DNA of 64,000 nucleotides, taken from Nitrospirota bacterium (GTDB lineage: Bacteria; Nitrospirota; UBA9217). Of this stretch, positions 34,951-45,833 are shown piece by piece; positions within the stretch are counted from its first letter, which is position 1; each line of letters starts with the position of its first letter. The position numbers were made by a program, and so were the translations under genes. Where the stretch lies: NCBI GenBank assembly GCA_963818475.1, contig CAWFSF010000006.1, positions 1,984,001 to 2,048,000 of the forward strand. Reading direction: 5' to 3'. Below the pieces are notes generated by a model. The model was not told the origin of the DNA. It did no database searches and saw only the letters and a list, made by a program, of their open reading frames with translations.

Positions 34951-36375
34951 TTACGTCAGGTATTTCTTCAGATCGATGTGGGAAACGTAGGGATCGATGG
35001 TGCCGGCGATGGCGCGTTTGAACTTTCCATCAACGGTCTCAAGAAGGCTGACATCGGCGCTCATTTCTTTTTCTGAGCCATCGAACCTGGTCAGGAGCAG
35101 CACCCGGGGACGCATCAGGTCCCGGGTCTGATGCATGACCAGCCCCACTTCGCCGGTGTCGAGTTTGAGGACCGTTCCGACGGGGAAAATCCCCATCATG
35201 TTGACAAAGGCCTTTACCAGAACCGGGTTGAATGACGTACCGCGCTTCTTCCACAGAATACGGATGGCCTGGTCGGGCGGCGTCTGGATGCTGTAGTACA
35301 CCCTTGCGGCGGTGATGGCATCATAGGCATCGGCAAGAGAAACGATCTGCGAGAACAGATGCTGACGGACCCCGATGGCGGGATACCCCCGATCTCCATG
35401 CTGATGATGCTCGAACGCCGCCACCATGGCCATCTTGGTCACGCCCGGGGTGTCGGCAAGGACCAGAGCCCCCTCAATGGGATGGCGTTTAAGCAGTTCC
35501 CACTCCGCGTCGGTAAGCTTGCCCGGCTTATTGATGATCTCATTGGGGACACTCGCCTTGCCCATATCATGCAGCAGCCCGGCAAGACCGAGGGCCGCGA
35601 CCTGAGGTTTCTCGAAACGCAGGAACGTGCCGAGCGAGGAGGCAAGGAGCGACGTGTTCACCGAGTGGGCAAAGGTGTACTCATCATACATCTTAAGATT
35701 CGTCAGCCCGATGTAGGTGTCCCGGTTCTCCAAAATGTTGTCCACCATGGTTTGAACGGTCGTGTTTATTTTGCGTATATTGATCTTTTTGTCAAGCTGC
35801 TGGGATTCTATCATCTCCTTCATGGTCTCGATAGCGTCCATGAAGACCTCTGTAGCCCTCTTTTTCCCTTCCTTGATCACGCGTCCGATCTTTTTATCTA
35901 CGATCAGAACGCGGCGCAGAACGATATGGGCGATCTGCGCCTTGGGAATGAGGTCGTCAACGCCGCCTTCCGCGGTAAAGGCCGCGGCGTCCTTGTTCAT
36001 CAGATCGGCAAACGCCGTGATCTCATTCGTGGTAAGGCCCGTTTTAAAGACGATCCCGCCGATATCGCGGCCCGAGAACAACTCCATGAGCACCGTAAGG
36101 CTCTCGTCGAGGGGGACCGAATCCTTTTCAAAAAACAATTCCCCTCCCACGAGATAGAAGGGGGCCTCGTTCCGGTCCACCAGCAGTTCGTTGATCTTGA
36201 GCAGGAACTTGTCTGCGGACGCAAGGACAAAGGGATGCGAGGCCGGATAGAGGGTCGAGTTCCTGAGCACGGCAGCAAGCAGCTGAAACGCTGACTTGGC
36301 GGTGTTGATCAGCTGTTGCCTGGCAAAGAAGGACTGTCTCGATTCGCCCTGCCTATCGTTTTTCTCTTCCGGCAT
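34951..36375 (-). CDS. HD-GYP domain c-di-GMP phosphodiesterase-like protein
   Basis: YTFAHSVN, HDMGK, KPGKLT, HH...GYP, ADAYDA; start MPEEKND at 36375. Confidence 0.9.
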   Translation of the reverse strand: MPEEKNDRQGESRQSFFARQQLINTAKSAFQLLAAVLRNSTLYPASHPFVLASADKFLLKINELLVDRNEAPFYLVGGELFFEKDSVPLDESLTVLMELFSGRDIGGIVFKTGLTTNEITAFADLMNKDAAAFTAEGGVDDLIPKAQIAHIVLRRVLIVDKKIGRVIKEGKKRATEVFMDAIETMKEMIESQQLDKKINIRKINTTVQTMVDNILENRDTYIGLTNLKMYDEYTFAHSVNTSLLASSLGTFLRFEKPQVAALGLAGLLHDMGKASVPNEIINKPGKLTDAEWELLKRHPIEGALVLADTPGVTKMAMVAAFEHHQHGDRGYPAIGVRQHLFSQIVSLADAYDAITAARVYYSIQTPPDQAIRILWKKRGTSFNPVLVKAFVNMMGIFPVGTVLKLDTGEVGLVMHQTRDLMRPRVLLLTRFDGSEKEMSADVSLLETVDGKFKRAIAGTIDPYVSHIDLKKYLT

Positions 36376-38449
36376 CGGCCAGTCTCCTGTTGATCGCTGC
36401 AATGGCGCCACGCGCCGCGTCCCTGAGCTCTTCCTGGAGCTTTCGCGGTTTCCACCAGCGGATCTTTGTGTAGCGCGCCAGGAACTCCGCCGACTCCCTG
36501 CCGCCGATCGCCCCGAGAACCGCGATCGCTTCGAGCGCATGCTCCTGCTCCCGCTGTTTGAGCTTGCGCAGCTCCGCATAGTCCATCACGTAGCGCGCCT
36601 CCGTGTCTCCCAGCCCCTGAAGCTTGCCGATGCCCCGGAGCGCAGCGACCTGGATGCCCTCGTCCTTGTCCTTGAGGTACCGCGCCAGTATGCCGGCCGC
36701 TTTTCGTCCTCCGATGTTGAGCAGCGCGTGGATATTTTCTTCGCGGATCCGCACGTCCTTATGGTCCGCCACTTTGTGCAGGTATGCAATGGCCTGATCC
36801 GTCCCGGTATCTCCCAGGATCCGCACCGCGTTCCGCACCACATACCAGCGCCGGTCGGACAACTGCTCGCCGAGCAGTGCTACCTGGTTCTTGCCCAGGT
36901 CCTTCAGAAGTTCGATAAGGAACAGCCGTGCATCGCGATCCATCTCCTCGGCCAGAAGGTCCAGCAGCAGCGATGTTCCTGCCCGGTCAAGGGTCTTCAG
37001 ATAGATATATGCTGCATTATATTCCGCCGACCCTGGCGGGTGCGCCCGCATTTCAGCGATCATGTCGGTGACAGCGGACTTGGAAGCCGTCTTTTTGAGG
37101 GCCTCGGCCATGCGAGGCTTGAAAGCAGGGTCCACCGTGGAATGCAAAGCCCTGATAATGACCGCGGCAAGTTCATACTCCTTTTTCTTCTGGAGATAGC
37201 CGAGCAGTTCCTCCAGTTGCCGGATTACACCTGAAAAAAGCTTTATCTCATTCTGCTCCGACGCGGTCCCGTGGGGATTCTTTACGAGGGGGATCAGGAA
37301 GATAAGTGTGCGCACCGCTGCCTGGATGATGTCCGACTCCATGCCGACGCCGCTCATCGCCTTGAGCGCCTCCATTTCTTCCTGCGTATAGGCCGTCAGG
37401 TCCGGCGCGATCTTGCCGGTGATATCCTCGGAGATCGGCGTGACCACGAAGGCTGAGGGATCGGGCGCGGCAGCGGGCGGTGCGCTCTTTTTTCCCGATG
37501 TTTTTTTCAGCAACGTTGCCACATGCTGCACATTCCAGTCATGGGAGAAACGACCCGCCTGGACCTCCTGCAGCGCATTGGGGACCTGCTCTACAGCATC
37601 GATAACATGATCGCTGGCGAGCTCGGTGTCAAGGTCTGCATATAGTTTGCCGGCAACGAAACCCTCCCGAACGTGCCCTTCCAGGGAAAGGACCGACTGT
37701 GCCAGACTCTCGAACAGCGTGTCGCTCTGATCAGGATGGTCCTGCCTGATCTTCTGTCCCGCCTCCTGATAGAGCGAATAGAGCCGGTCTTCCACACTCT
37801 CGTGCTCCCCGCGCGTCTGCCTGGCAAGCTCAAGCATGCTGGCGCCGAAACCTTTCGGGTCGACCATCAGGTTCCCCAGGACCAGCGTGCGGCCGGCGAA
37901 GAGGGACGCGTTCTTTTCTCGTGACGCTTTACCGGCATCGGCGGATGACTCGGCAGACGGCTTGCGGTCCCATCCTTGTTCTGCTTTGGTCGTAATGACG
38001 TCGTCAAGCCCTGATTCAACGACCTTTATATGCGTCGCTCCATATTCCCAGAGAATTGACGAGATCCCGCTCTTCACGGCCATTTCCTCCGGCGAGAGGG
38101 CAAGGGCCTTCAAGAGGACCATCAGCTCCCCTTCGACGATCCCCTCGCTGAAGACTATCTCCCTGACCTCCTTCGCGAACAGGTCCTGCGCAATGGCCTT
38201 GTTGAGCGCAGCGTCCTTGCCAAAGGGCGTGGCGAGATAGGTAAAAAAGGTCTTGTTGACGCCCACACGGTATTCAGGCGTGGTCGCGAGAAAACGGGCC
38301 AGGAGCTCATACGATTTTGATACAGATTGAGCATAGATGGGATTGTTGGGGGGATAGAGCTTTACCACCCTGATCGCCGTGATCAGGCTTCGCATGACTT
38401 CCTGGACCTCGGGTGAAAGCGCTTCTTGTTGACTTGCTTCTTTTACCAT
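36353..38449 (-). CDS. HEAT-repeat protein
   Basis: N-terminal LYPPNNP motif like the LYPASHP of the HD-GYP neighbour; WYVVRNAVRILG and further HEAT-like repeats. Confidence 0.8.
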   Translation of the reverse strand: MVKEASQQEALSPEVQEVMRSLITAIRVVKLYPPNNPIYAQSVSKSYELLARFLATTPEYRVGVNKTFFTYLATPFGKDAALNKAIAQDLFAKEVREIVFSEGIVEGELMVLLKALALSPEEMAVKSGISSILWEYGATHIKVVESGLDDVITTKAEQGWDRKPSAESSADAGKASREKNASLFAGRTLVLGNLMVDPKGFGASMLELARQTRGEHESVEDRLYSLYQEAGQKIRQDHPDQSDTLFESLAQSVLSLEGHVREGFVAGKLYADLDTELASDHVIDAVEQVPNALQEVQAGRFSHDWNVQHVATLLKKTSGKKSAPPAAAPDPSAFVVTPISEDITGKIAPDLTAYTQEEMEALKAMSGVGMESDIIQAAVRTLIFLIPLVKNPHGTASEQNEIKLFSGVIRQLEELLGYLQKKKEYELAAVIIRALHSTVDPAFKPRMAEALKKTASKSAVTDMIAEMRAHPPGSAEYNAAYIYLKTLDRAGTSLLLDLLAEEMDRDARLFLIELLKDLGKNQVALLGEQLSDRRWYVVRNAVRILGDTGTDQAIAYLHKVADHKDVRIREENIHALLNIGGRKAAGILARYLKDKDEGIQVAALRGIGKLQGLGDTEARYVMDYAELRKLKQREQEHALEAIAVLGAIGGRESAEFLARYTKIRWWKPRKLQEELRDAARGAIAAINRRLADAGREKR

Positions 38450-38542
38450 GGTTTAGAGTACCACAACAGGAGAGGAGTGTCAAAAGCGGAAATCTATTTC
38501 ACGGCGACTTATGATGCCAACGCGAATGCCGCGCATGGACGA

Positions 38543-39733
38543 TCAGGTGATCTTTTCGACGCGGGAGACCACCTCTCCCTGATGAAGTCTGGTGCTCAGC
38601 AGGTCTCCGGGGCTGACCGCTGAAGCGTTCTTCAGGATCATACCGGAAGGGAGCGCCGTCGTAATGCTGTACCCCCGGGAGAGGATGCTGAGCGGGTTCA
38701 AATGGTCGAGCGCGGACATCAAGGACAGAAGCCGGGCTCGGTCCCTGCGAAGGTGATGGTTCAGTCCCGGGGCAAGCCTGCCGGTCAGTTCATCAACGCG
38801 TTGCGTGTACTGCTCGAGCATCCTTCGCGGGTCACGGAGCACCCGCAGGCATTCGCGGAGCGAGGAGCGGCCCTGTTCTATCTGCTGACGCATGCTCCGC
38901 ATGAGCCCGGTTTCAAGCGATCCAATAAGCTCGCGGAACCGGTGTTCGCTCTCCACCACCATCTCGGCCGCAGCAGAGGGCGTAGGGGCGCGCAGATCTG
39001 CGACAAAGTCCGATATCGTATAGTCCGTTTCGTGGCCCACGGCTGAGATGACCGGGACCTTCGAGGCATGGATCGCGCGCGCCACCGACTCTTCATTAAA
39101 GGCCCAGAGGTCCTCAAGAGAGCCGCCGCCGCGGCCCGTGATCACGACATCGACGTTCCCTTCACGGTTGAAATACCGCAGTGCCTCCACAATGGAAGGA
39201 GCGGCCTCCGCCCCCTGCACGGGAACGGGATAGATGATGATATGCATCCTCGGATGGCGGCGTTTGATGACCCGCAGCATGTCGCGGATGGCGGCGCCGG
39301 TCGGTGAGGTGATGATGCCGATGCGCTGCGGCAGGAGCGGAAGTCCTTTTTTGCGCTCCAGGTCGAATAGGCCTTCCTTCTCAAGCTTTGCCTTGAGCTG
39401 TTCGAAGGCCAGTTGCAGCGCGCCGAGCCCCTTCGGTTCGATGTATTCGAGGATGAGCTGGTATTCTCCCCGCGGCTCGTACACGCCCACCCTTCCGCGG
39501 CAGACCACCTGCATTCCGTGTTGAAGCGTGAATTTGAGGAAACGCTGCGACGATCGGAACAGGACGGCACGGATCTGGCTTTGCTGGTCCTTTAAGGTGA
39601 AATAGGAGTGTCCCGACTGGGGGATGCTGAGGTTCGAGATCTCCCCTTCGACCCATACATCGGGGAAGGCCCCTTCAAGAAGGTTCTTGATCTGCGCGGT
39701 AAGCTGCGTGACGGTGATGATGTGGCTTTTCAT
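38543..39733 (-). CDS. xseA: Exodeoxyribonuclease VII large subunit
   Basis: WVEGEISN, SGHSYFTLKD, RGGGSLEDLWAFN, SAVGHETD, RAPTPSAAAE. Confidence 0.96.
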   Translation of the reverse strand: MKSHIITVTQLTAQIKNLLEGAFPDVWVEGEISNLSIPQSGHSYFTLKDQQSQIRAVLFRSSQRFLKFTLQHGMQVVCRGRVGVYEPRGEYQLILEYIEPKGLGALQLAFEQLKAKLEKEGLFDLERKKGLPLLPQRIGIITSPTGAAIRDMLRVIKRRHPRMHIIIYPVPVQGAEAAPSIVEALRYFNREGNVDVVITGRGGGSLEDLWAFNEESVARAIHASKVPVISAVGHETDYTISDFVADLRAPTPSAAAEMVVESEHRFRELIGSLETGLMRSMRQQIEQGRSSLRECLRVLRDPRRMLEQYTQRVDELTGRLAPGLNHHLRRDRARLLSLMSALDHLNPLSILSRGYSITTALPSGMILKNASAVSPGDLLSTRLHQGEVVSRVEKIT

Positions 39734-39819
39734 AGTGTGGATTTCGGGAGCCGACTCCAAATTCAAAACGCATTATGAAAGTTATTAACATTACTTTGAA
39801 ACTGCTTAGATCAAAAGAT

Positions 39820-39900
39820 TATCCGCAGATTACGCAAATTTCGCAGATAAAAAAACCTGAATTGTTTTTAAAATCTGCGTCCATCTGCGAAATCTGCGGA
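39820..39900. repeat. Empty 9-mer-period inverted element (CCGCAGATTACGCAAATTTCGCAGAT ... ATCTGCGTCCATCTGCGAAATCTGCGG)
   Basis: Same family as the 4025/5176 arms, with only about 25 bp between arms. Confidence 0.8.
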
Positions 39901-39911
39901 CAAAAGGGTTT

Positions 39912-40691
39912 CTATGACTTTACATGGATCCGTTCTATGGAGCTCGCTTTTCCCGTTGTTTCATCGATCGTGATCAGCACCGCGTTCAGGTGGACCGGCC
40001 CCTTGGGGATCTCGAACCGGTGGGGTGTCTGGTACAGGAACCGCGCGATCGCCTGTTCCTTCCGCACCCCGATGACCGACTCGGTCGGCCCGGTCATTCC
40101 CACATCGGTAATAAAGGCCGTTCCGTTGGTCAGGATGCGCTCGTCAGCGGTCTGAACATGGGTATGGGTGCCGACGAGAGCGCTGGCCTTGCCGTCGAGA
40201 TGCCAGGCGAGGGCGATCTTTTCAGACGTGGCCTCCGCATGGAAATCGATGATCACGACAGGCGTTTCTTTTTTCAACCGCTCGATCTCGCGCTCGGCGT
40301 ACCGGAAGGGATCTTCCAGGTTGGACATAAAAACACGCCCTTCAAGGTTCAGGACCGCCGCCTTGCCTGCTCCGGGCGTGGAAACAACAACACTCCCCAC
40401 CCCGGGATTCCCTGAAGGATAGTTGGCAGGCCTGATGAGACGGTCCTGTTTGTTGAGATAGGGTTCTATCTCCTTCTTGTCCCAGACATGATTGCCCGAG
40501 GTAAGGACATCGATCCCCATGAAGAACAGCTCATCAGCGATATCTGAGGTTATGCCGAACCCGCCGGCAGAGTTCTCGCCGTTGGCGATGACCAGGTCCG
40601 GACGGTGCGCATCCATGAGCCCGCGGAGCTGGGCCCGCACCATCTTCCGGCCCGGCTCGCCGATGATATCGCCGATGAAAAGTACTTTCAA
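39912..40691 (-). CDS. TIGR00282/YmdB-family metallophosphoesterase
   Basis: FIGDIIG, NGEN, GNH, DFHAEATSEK, GTHTHV; TTG start after GGAGG; downstream of rny. Confidence 0.92.
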   Translation of the reverse strand: MKVLFIGDIIGEPGRKMVRAQLRGLMDAHRPDLVIANGENSAGGFGITSDIADELFFMGIDVLTSGNHVWDKKEIEPYLNKQDRLIRPANYPSGNPGVGSVVVSTPGAGKAAVLNLEGRVFMSNLEDPFRYAEREIERLKKETPVVIIDFHAEATSEKIALAWHLDGKASALVGTHTHVQTADERILTNGTAFITDVGMTGPTESVIGVRKEQAIARFLYQTPHRFEIPKGPVHLNAVLITIDETTGKASSIERIHVKS

Positions 40692-40700
40692 GAGACCTCC

Positions 40701-40788
40701 TGATGCACGATGCATGATGCACGATGAATGATAGAAACGATGCCGGATCAGGCTTTCATCCTGCATCCGGCATCATGTATCCTGAATC
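40701..40788. repeat. Inverted heptamer element (GATGCAC/GATGCAT ... CATCCTG/CATCCGG)
   Basis: Four 7-bp units per arm between rny and the ymdB-like gene. Confidence 0.75.
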
Positions 40789-40798
40789 GGTTTTGTTC

Positions 40799-42355
40799 CT
40801 ACTTGGCGTATTCCACGTACCTGCTCTCGCGGACCACGGTCACCTTGATCTGGCCGGGGTAGGACATCTCGGCCTCGATCTTCTTGGCAATATCGCGCGA
40901 AAGCTGGGCCGAGTGGGCATCCGAGAGGTCTTCGGGCTTCACGATGATGCGGATCTCGCGGCCGGCCTGGATGGCGTAGGACTTTTCCACGCCCTTGAAG
41001 GAATTGGCCGCGGTCTCGAGCTGCTCAAGCCGCTTGAGGTAGCTTTCGAGTGTCTCGCGCCGGACACCGGGCCTTCCTGCCGACAGTGCGTCCGCTGCAG
41101 CCACCAGCACTGATTCGACACAGTTCGGTTCGCCGTCGCCGTGATGGGTCATGATGGCATTGATGACCTTGGGATTTTCGCCGTACTTCTTGGCCAGGTC
41201 CCCGCCGATCTGCGGATGGGTGCCTTCCACCTCGTGGTCGATCGCTTTTCCGAGGTCATGGAGCAGGCCGGCCCGCCGCGCCAGCTTCTGGTCAACGCCA
41301 CACTCGGCCGCCATGATGCCTGCAAAGTAGGCGACTTCGCGCGAGTGCATGAGCACGTTCTGGCCGTAGCTCGTCCGGAACCTGAGCCTCCCCAGGAGCT
41401 TGATGATCTCGGGATGGATGTTGTGGAGTCCAAGGTCGAAGGCCGCCTTTTCTCCCTCGTCCTTCATGGTGATGTCCAGGTCCTTCTTGACCTTCTCGGC
41501 GATCTCCTCGATCCGCGCAGGGTGAATGCGGCCGTCCAGGATCAGACGCTCGATCGTGAGCTTCGCGATCTCTCTGCGGAGCGGGTCATAGCAGGAAAGG
41601 ATCACCGCCTCGGGCGTATCGTCGATGATAAGGTCGATGCCGGTGGCCGCCTCGAGCGCACGGATGTTCCGTCCCTCGCGGCCGATGATCCTGCCTTTCA
41701 TTTCATCGTTCGGCAGGTTCACCACCGACACGGTGGCCTCGGCGACATAGTCGCTTGCGTACCGTTGGATGGCCAGGCTGATGATGTTCTTGGACTTTTT
41801 GTCCGCCTCTTCCTTGGCTTCGTCCTCGATGCGCTTGATGCTCTTGGCAGCCTCGTACTTTGCCTCGTCCTCCATGGTCATCATGAGCTGGCGCTTCGCT
41901 TCTTCAGCCGTCATGCTGGCGATCTTTTCGAGCTGCTCACGCTGTTCGCGGAGCCCCTTGTCAAAACGTTCTTCCTTCTCGATGGCGACCTTTTCCCGCG
42001 CCGCAAGCTCGCGTTCGCGCCGGATGGTCTCAGCCTCCCGCTTGTCAACGAGGTCGATCTTCTTTTCCAGGTTCTCTTCCTTCTGGGTCAGCCGCCGTTC
42101 CTGGTTCTGAAGCTCCTGCCGCTTGTCGCGGTTCTCTTTTTCGAACTCGGAGCGCGCCTGATACAGTTTGTCCTTGACCTCGAGCACGGCTTCCTTGCGT
42201 TTGGTCTCTGCCTCGCGTTCTGCGTTCGCGATAATGCGGGACGACTCGGCCTCCGCATCCTTGATCTTTCCTGCTGCAACCCTTCCCTTGATCATGAGTC
42301 CTATGCCGAATCCTCCGGCAAGTCCTGCGATCAATATGGCAATATACTCGATCAT
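40799..42355 (-). CDS. rny: Ribonuclease Y
   Basis: N-terminal TM, coiled coil, KH ([13 protein letters not shown]), HD (LLHDLGK). Confidence 0.97.
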   Translation of the reverse strand: MIEYIAILIAGLAGGFGIGLMIKGRVAAGKIKDAEAESSRIIANAEREAETKRKEAVLEVKDKLYQARSEFEKENRDKRQELQNQERRLTQKEENLEKKIDLVDKREAETIRRERELAAREKVAIEKEERFDKGLREQREQLEKIASMTAEEAKRQLMMTMEDEAKYEAAKSIKRIEDEAKEEADKKSKNIISLAIQRYASDYVAEATVSVVNLPNDEMKGRIIGREGRNIRALEAATGIDLIIDDTPEAVILSCYDPLRREIAKLTIERLILDGRIHPARIEEIAEKVKKDLDITMKDEGEKAAFDLGLHNIHPEIIKLLGRLRFRTSYGQNVLMHSREVAYFAGIMAAECGVDQKLARRAGLLHDLGKAIDHEVEGTHPQIGGDLAKKYGENPKVINAIMTHHGDGEPNCVESVLVAAADALSAGRPGVRRETLESYLKRLEQLETAANSFKGVEKSYAIQAGREIRIIVKPEDLSDAHSAQLSRDIAKKIEAEMSYPGQIKVTVVRESRYVEYAK

Positions 42356-43692
42356 GCTCGTTCCTCCTGGTGTCTCTTCTTCAGCCCGGCAAGGCGTTCT
42401 TTGATCCGCTTCTCTTCGCCCTGCTCGGTAGGCCGGTAATATTCCCGCATCTGCGGGAGGTAATCCTGCGCCACATAGTGGCCAGGGTGATCATGGGGAT
42501 ACTGGTATCCTTTGCCCCTGCCGAGCCGTGCTGCCCCCCGGTAGTGAGCGTCCTTCAGGTGGTCGGGCACCGGCAGCAGGGCGCCGTCTTCGATGTCCTT
42601 CATCGCCTGATTGATGGCAAGATAGGAGGCGTTGCTCTTCGGCGCCGCGGCAACGTAGACCGCTGCCTGGGCCAGCGGCAGCCGTCCCTCGGGCATGCCG
42701 ATCCGCTCCAGCGCCTGGCAGGCGGAGGTGGCGACAAAGAGCGCCCGCGGGTCGGCGTTCCCGACATCTTCGCTTGCAGCGATCATGATCCTGCGCGCAA
42801 TGAACAGCGGGTCCTCGCCGGCGTGCAGCATCTTGGCCATCCAGTAGAGCGTTGCGTCGGGATCGCTCCCCCGCATGCTTTTAATGAAAGCGGAGATGGT
42901 GTCGTAGTGCTCGTCCTCGTCATAGGCGAGCGCTTTTTGCTGGATGGACTCTTCGGCGGTCTGGAGATCGTACAGGACCGTCCCGTCCGGGCCCGGCGCG
43001 GTGGAAAGCACACCCAGTTCGAGAGCGTTGAGCGCGCGGCGGGCGTCGCCGTTCGCCCGGGCGACCAGCAGAGCCAGGGCTTCAGGCGTCAGGTTCACGG
43101 ACAGTTTCCCCAGTCCCCGCTCCGCATCGCCAAGGGCGCGCGTGATGACGGTCTGAATATCCTCGTCCTTCAGGGGTTTGAATTCGAAGATCTGGGAGCG
43201 GGAGGAAAGTGCCGGGATGATCGCGAAAAAAGGATTTGCCGTTGACGCGCCGATGAGCGTGATAATTCCCCGTTCCACATCGGGCAGAAGCGCGTCCTGC
43301 TGGACACGCGTGAACCGGTGGATCTCGTCGATAAAAAGGATCGTACGCCTGCTGCTTTGGCTGTGCTCAAGCGAGGCTTCCTGGGTCACCCGCCGAATGT
43401 CTGCGACGCCTGCGGTAACGGCATTGAGGGACACGAAGCGGGCAAGGCTGCGCTCTGCGATCAAATGGGCAAGCGCGGTCTTGCCTGACCCGGGAGGACC
43501 ATAGAGGATGAGCGACATGAAACGGTCGGCTTCGATGGCCCTGCGCAGAAGTCTGCCCTGACCGAGAATATGGTCCTGCCCCACGTACTCGGAAAGGTCG
43601 CGGGGACGCATCCTCCAGGCAAGCGGTGCCTTTGACTGCTCGAGATCAGCCGCGAGGGGCTCTATCTTTTTTGTGAGGTTCTTGAGGCCCAC
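42352..43692 (-). CDS. rarA: Replication-associated recombination protein A (MgsA/RarA AAA+ ATPase)
   Basis: [41 protein letters not shown]; exact start uncertain. Confidence 0.93.
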   Translation of the reverse strand: MGLKNLTKKIEPLAADLEQSKAPLAWRMRPRDLSEYVGQDHILGQGRLLRRAIEADRFMSLILYGPPGSGKTALAHLIAERSLARFVSLNAVTAGVADIRRVTQEASLEHSQSSRRTILFIDEIHRFTRVQQDALLPDVERGIITLIGASTANPFFAIIPALSSRSQIFEFKPLKDEDIQTVITRALGDAERGLGKLSVNLTPEALALLVARANGDARRALNALELGVLSTAPGPDGTVLYDLQTAEESIQQKALAYDEDEHYDTISAFIKSMRGSDPDATLYWMAKMLHAGEDPLFIARRIMIAASEDVGNADPRALFVATSACQALERIGMPEGRLPLAQAAVYVAAAPKSNASYLAINQAMKDIEDGALLPVPDHLKDAHYRGAARLGRGKGYQYPHDHPGHYVAQDYLPQMREYYRPTEQGEEKRIKERLAGLKKRHQEERA

Positions 43693-44120
43693 CGTGCTGT
43701 TTCAGGAGGGCTTACGCGGGCAAGTGATAGCAGCGGATGGAGAACCGGATCGTCGTGCCAGATCAGGATTGTACGGGATATGGGATATGAGCAGGCAAAG
43801 GAGAAATGACATGACCATTCCGTCGAGAGACACCCTTCTGCTGGGGGTCTGTTGTTGCCCCTCCAGGAGCGTTGCCTGTCAGGACAGCCTTTGCGTAACT
43901 ATATGTATGTATTGGTGATCCCACGTTTCGTAATATCGTTTCCTTGAACTGGCATGCGATCTGGTGCAGTGTTGAAATGTCATCGCGGCCGCAACGTAAC
44001 GGATTTACTCCGATACCTTGCCTTCCGCTTGATCCGCTGATGCGTTACTATCACAAGCGCCGGAGCCTTCCTTACTTACCGGTCCTTTCAGGCGCTGATT
44101 AACACTTAAGAAACCTTTTA

Positions 44121-44299
44121 AAACCCCCGCTTTTGCCGTGCAGATTAACTTGATTCCTGGTCGTAACCAGGTGGGCGCCCTGTCGGCTCGATCAGGCTTC
44201 CCAGTCTTGTCTGGGCATGCTCACACGTTCCGAGGTAAGCTCCCGTTTTATTCATTTCACGAGGAACAAGTTTACCTATCACGCGCAAAGCAGGGGAAT
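44121..44299 (-). ncRNA. ssrS: 6S RNA
   Basis: About 180 nt non-coding; ends base-pair (CCCCGCTTTTGC / GCAAAGCAGGGG); canonical position downstream of zapA and upstream of rny; TTGCCA-N17-TATATA upstream. Confidence 0.75.
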
Positions 44300-44459
44300 T
44301 GATATTTCTGCCTGTTATTTATATACCAGAATAGAAAAAAAATGGCAAGAATAAAATAATACGCGGTTTTACGGCAAGCACAATAATACCTTTTTAATTC
44401 AACAAGTTACTCGTAATAAGGAAGAAGGATTACCCTGAAAATACCCCGATCCTGAGCGG

Positions 44460-44744
44460 TTACTTATCTTCTTCACCATCGCCGGTAAATTCCAGCAATC
44501 GCCTCGCCGACCGTTCAGTGGATTCTTCCAGGGCCCGGTACTGTTGTCGCAGGTGAAAGAGTTCGTCCGAGATGGTAAGAGCAGCCAGGATCGCGACCCG
44601 ATGAGCATCTGATGTACCGGTACCCTTCTGCACCTCTCTCATTTTAGCATCGCAAAAAGCGGCCAGTTCCCGGATGTAGGCATGGTCCTCCATCCCCTTG
44701 ATGCTGTATACCTGACCGAGTATTTCAACCTGTACGCTTTGCAT
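44460..44744 (-). CDS. zapA: Cell division protein ZapA
   Basis: VEILGQVYSIK, AILAALTISDEL. Confidence 0.9.
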   Translation of the reverse strand: MQSVQVEILGQVYSIKGMEDHAYIRELAAFCDAKMREVQKGTGTSDAHRVAILAALTISDELFHLRQQYRALEESTERSARRLLEFTGDGEEDK

Positions 44745-44751
44745 ACTATTC

Positions 44752-44886
44752 ACCAAAATTCCAATTTCCAAATAACAAATCCCAAATAATAACCAAATTC
44801 AAAACTTCAATTGCCGAAACGTTTGGAAATTGATGCTTAGCGCTTGGCATTTATTTGTGATTTGCTATTTGTGATTTGGTGTTTGC
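44752..44886. repeat. Inverted heptamer element (CAAATAA/CAAATCC ... TTTGTGA/TTTGCTA)
   Basis: 7-bp periodic AT-rich arms between ftsY and zapA. Confidence 0.75.
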
Positions 44887-44888
44887 TC

Positions 44889-45795
44889 TTACAACAGCGC
44901 GTCCACAAATTCCTTCGGTTCGAACTCACGCAGATCCTCAATGGCTTCGCCGATGCCGACGAACTTGACCGGGATCCCCAGTTCTTTCGTGATGGCAAAG
45001 ACAATGCCGCCCTTCGACGTCCCGTCGAGCTTCGTAAGCACGATGCCGGTGACGCCGATCGCTTCATGGAACATCCTTGCCTGGACCAGGGCGTTCTGGC
45101 CCGTATTGCCGTCCAGGACCAGCAGTGTCTCATGGGGCGCTCCCGGCAGCTCGCGCGATACGATGCGTTTCACTTTTTTGAGCTCCTCCATGAGGTTCGA
45201 TTTCGTATGCAGCCTGCCGGCCGTGTCGATCATGAGCACATCCACGGCCCTGGCCTTGGCAGCAGTAACGGCATCGAACACGACCGCGCTCGGATCGGCG
45301 CCCTCTTGATGCTTGATCACCGGAATGCCCGCCCGCTCTCCCCAAATGGACAACTGCTCGGACGCCGCGGCCCTGAAGGTATCTCCTGCGGCCAGCATCA
45401 CCTGTTTGCCCTGTGATTGCAGCCGGTGCGCCAGCTTGCCGATCGTGGTGGTCTTGCCCGTGCCGTTCACGCCGATCACGAGGACCACCGACGGTGAGGC
45501 AGTAAGCGACGAACTTCGACGATGTCGATGAGAGGATCTCAAGGAGAAGATGTTTGAGACGCGCCCGCACCTGGTCCGGCGTTGAAAGCTCCTGGCGTTT
45601 GAACCGCTCGGTCAGGTCCTTCAACACAAAGGCGGCGGTTTCAACCCCCACGTCGGATGCGATCAACGCTTCTTCAAGTTCATCGAGGAAAGTCTCGTCG
45701 ATCTTCTGGCCGAGAATAAGCGTACCGAGCTTATCAGCAATATTCTTTCTGGTCTTTGCCAATCCATCGCTCAGACTTTTAAATACACCCAGCAT
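44889..45795 (-). CDS. ftsY: SRP receptor FtsY, frameshift near 45500
   Basis: [43 protein letters not shown]. Confidence 0.95.
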
Positions 45796-45833
45796 AAGAA
45801 CCCCTTACAATAAAAAGAATGACCTCGGTACCG

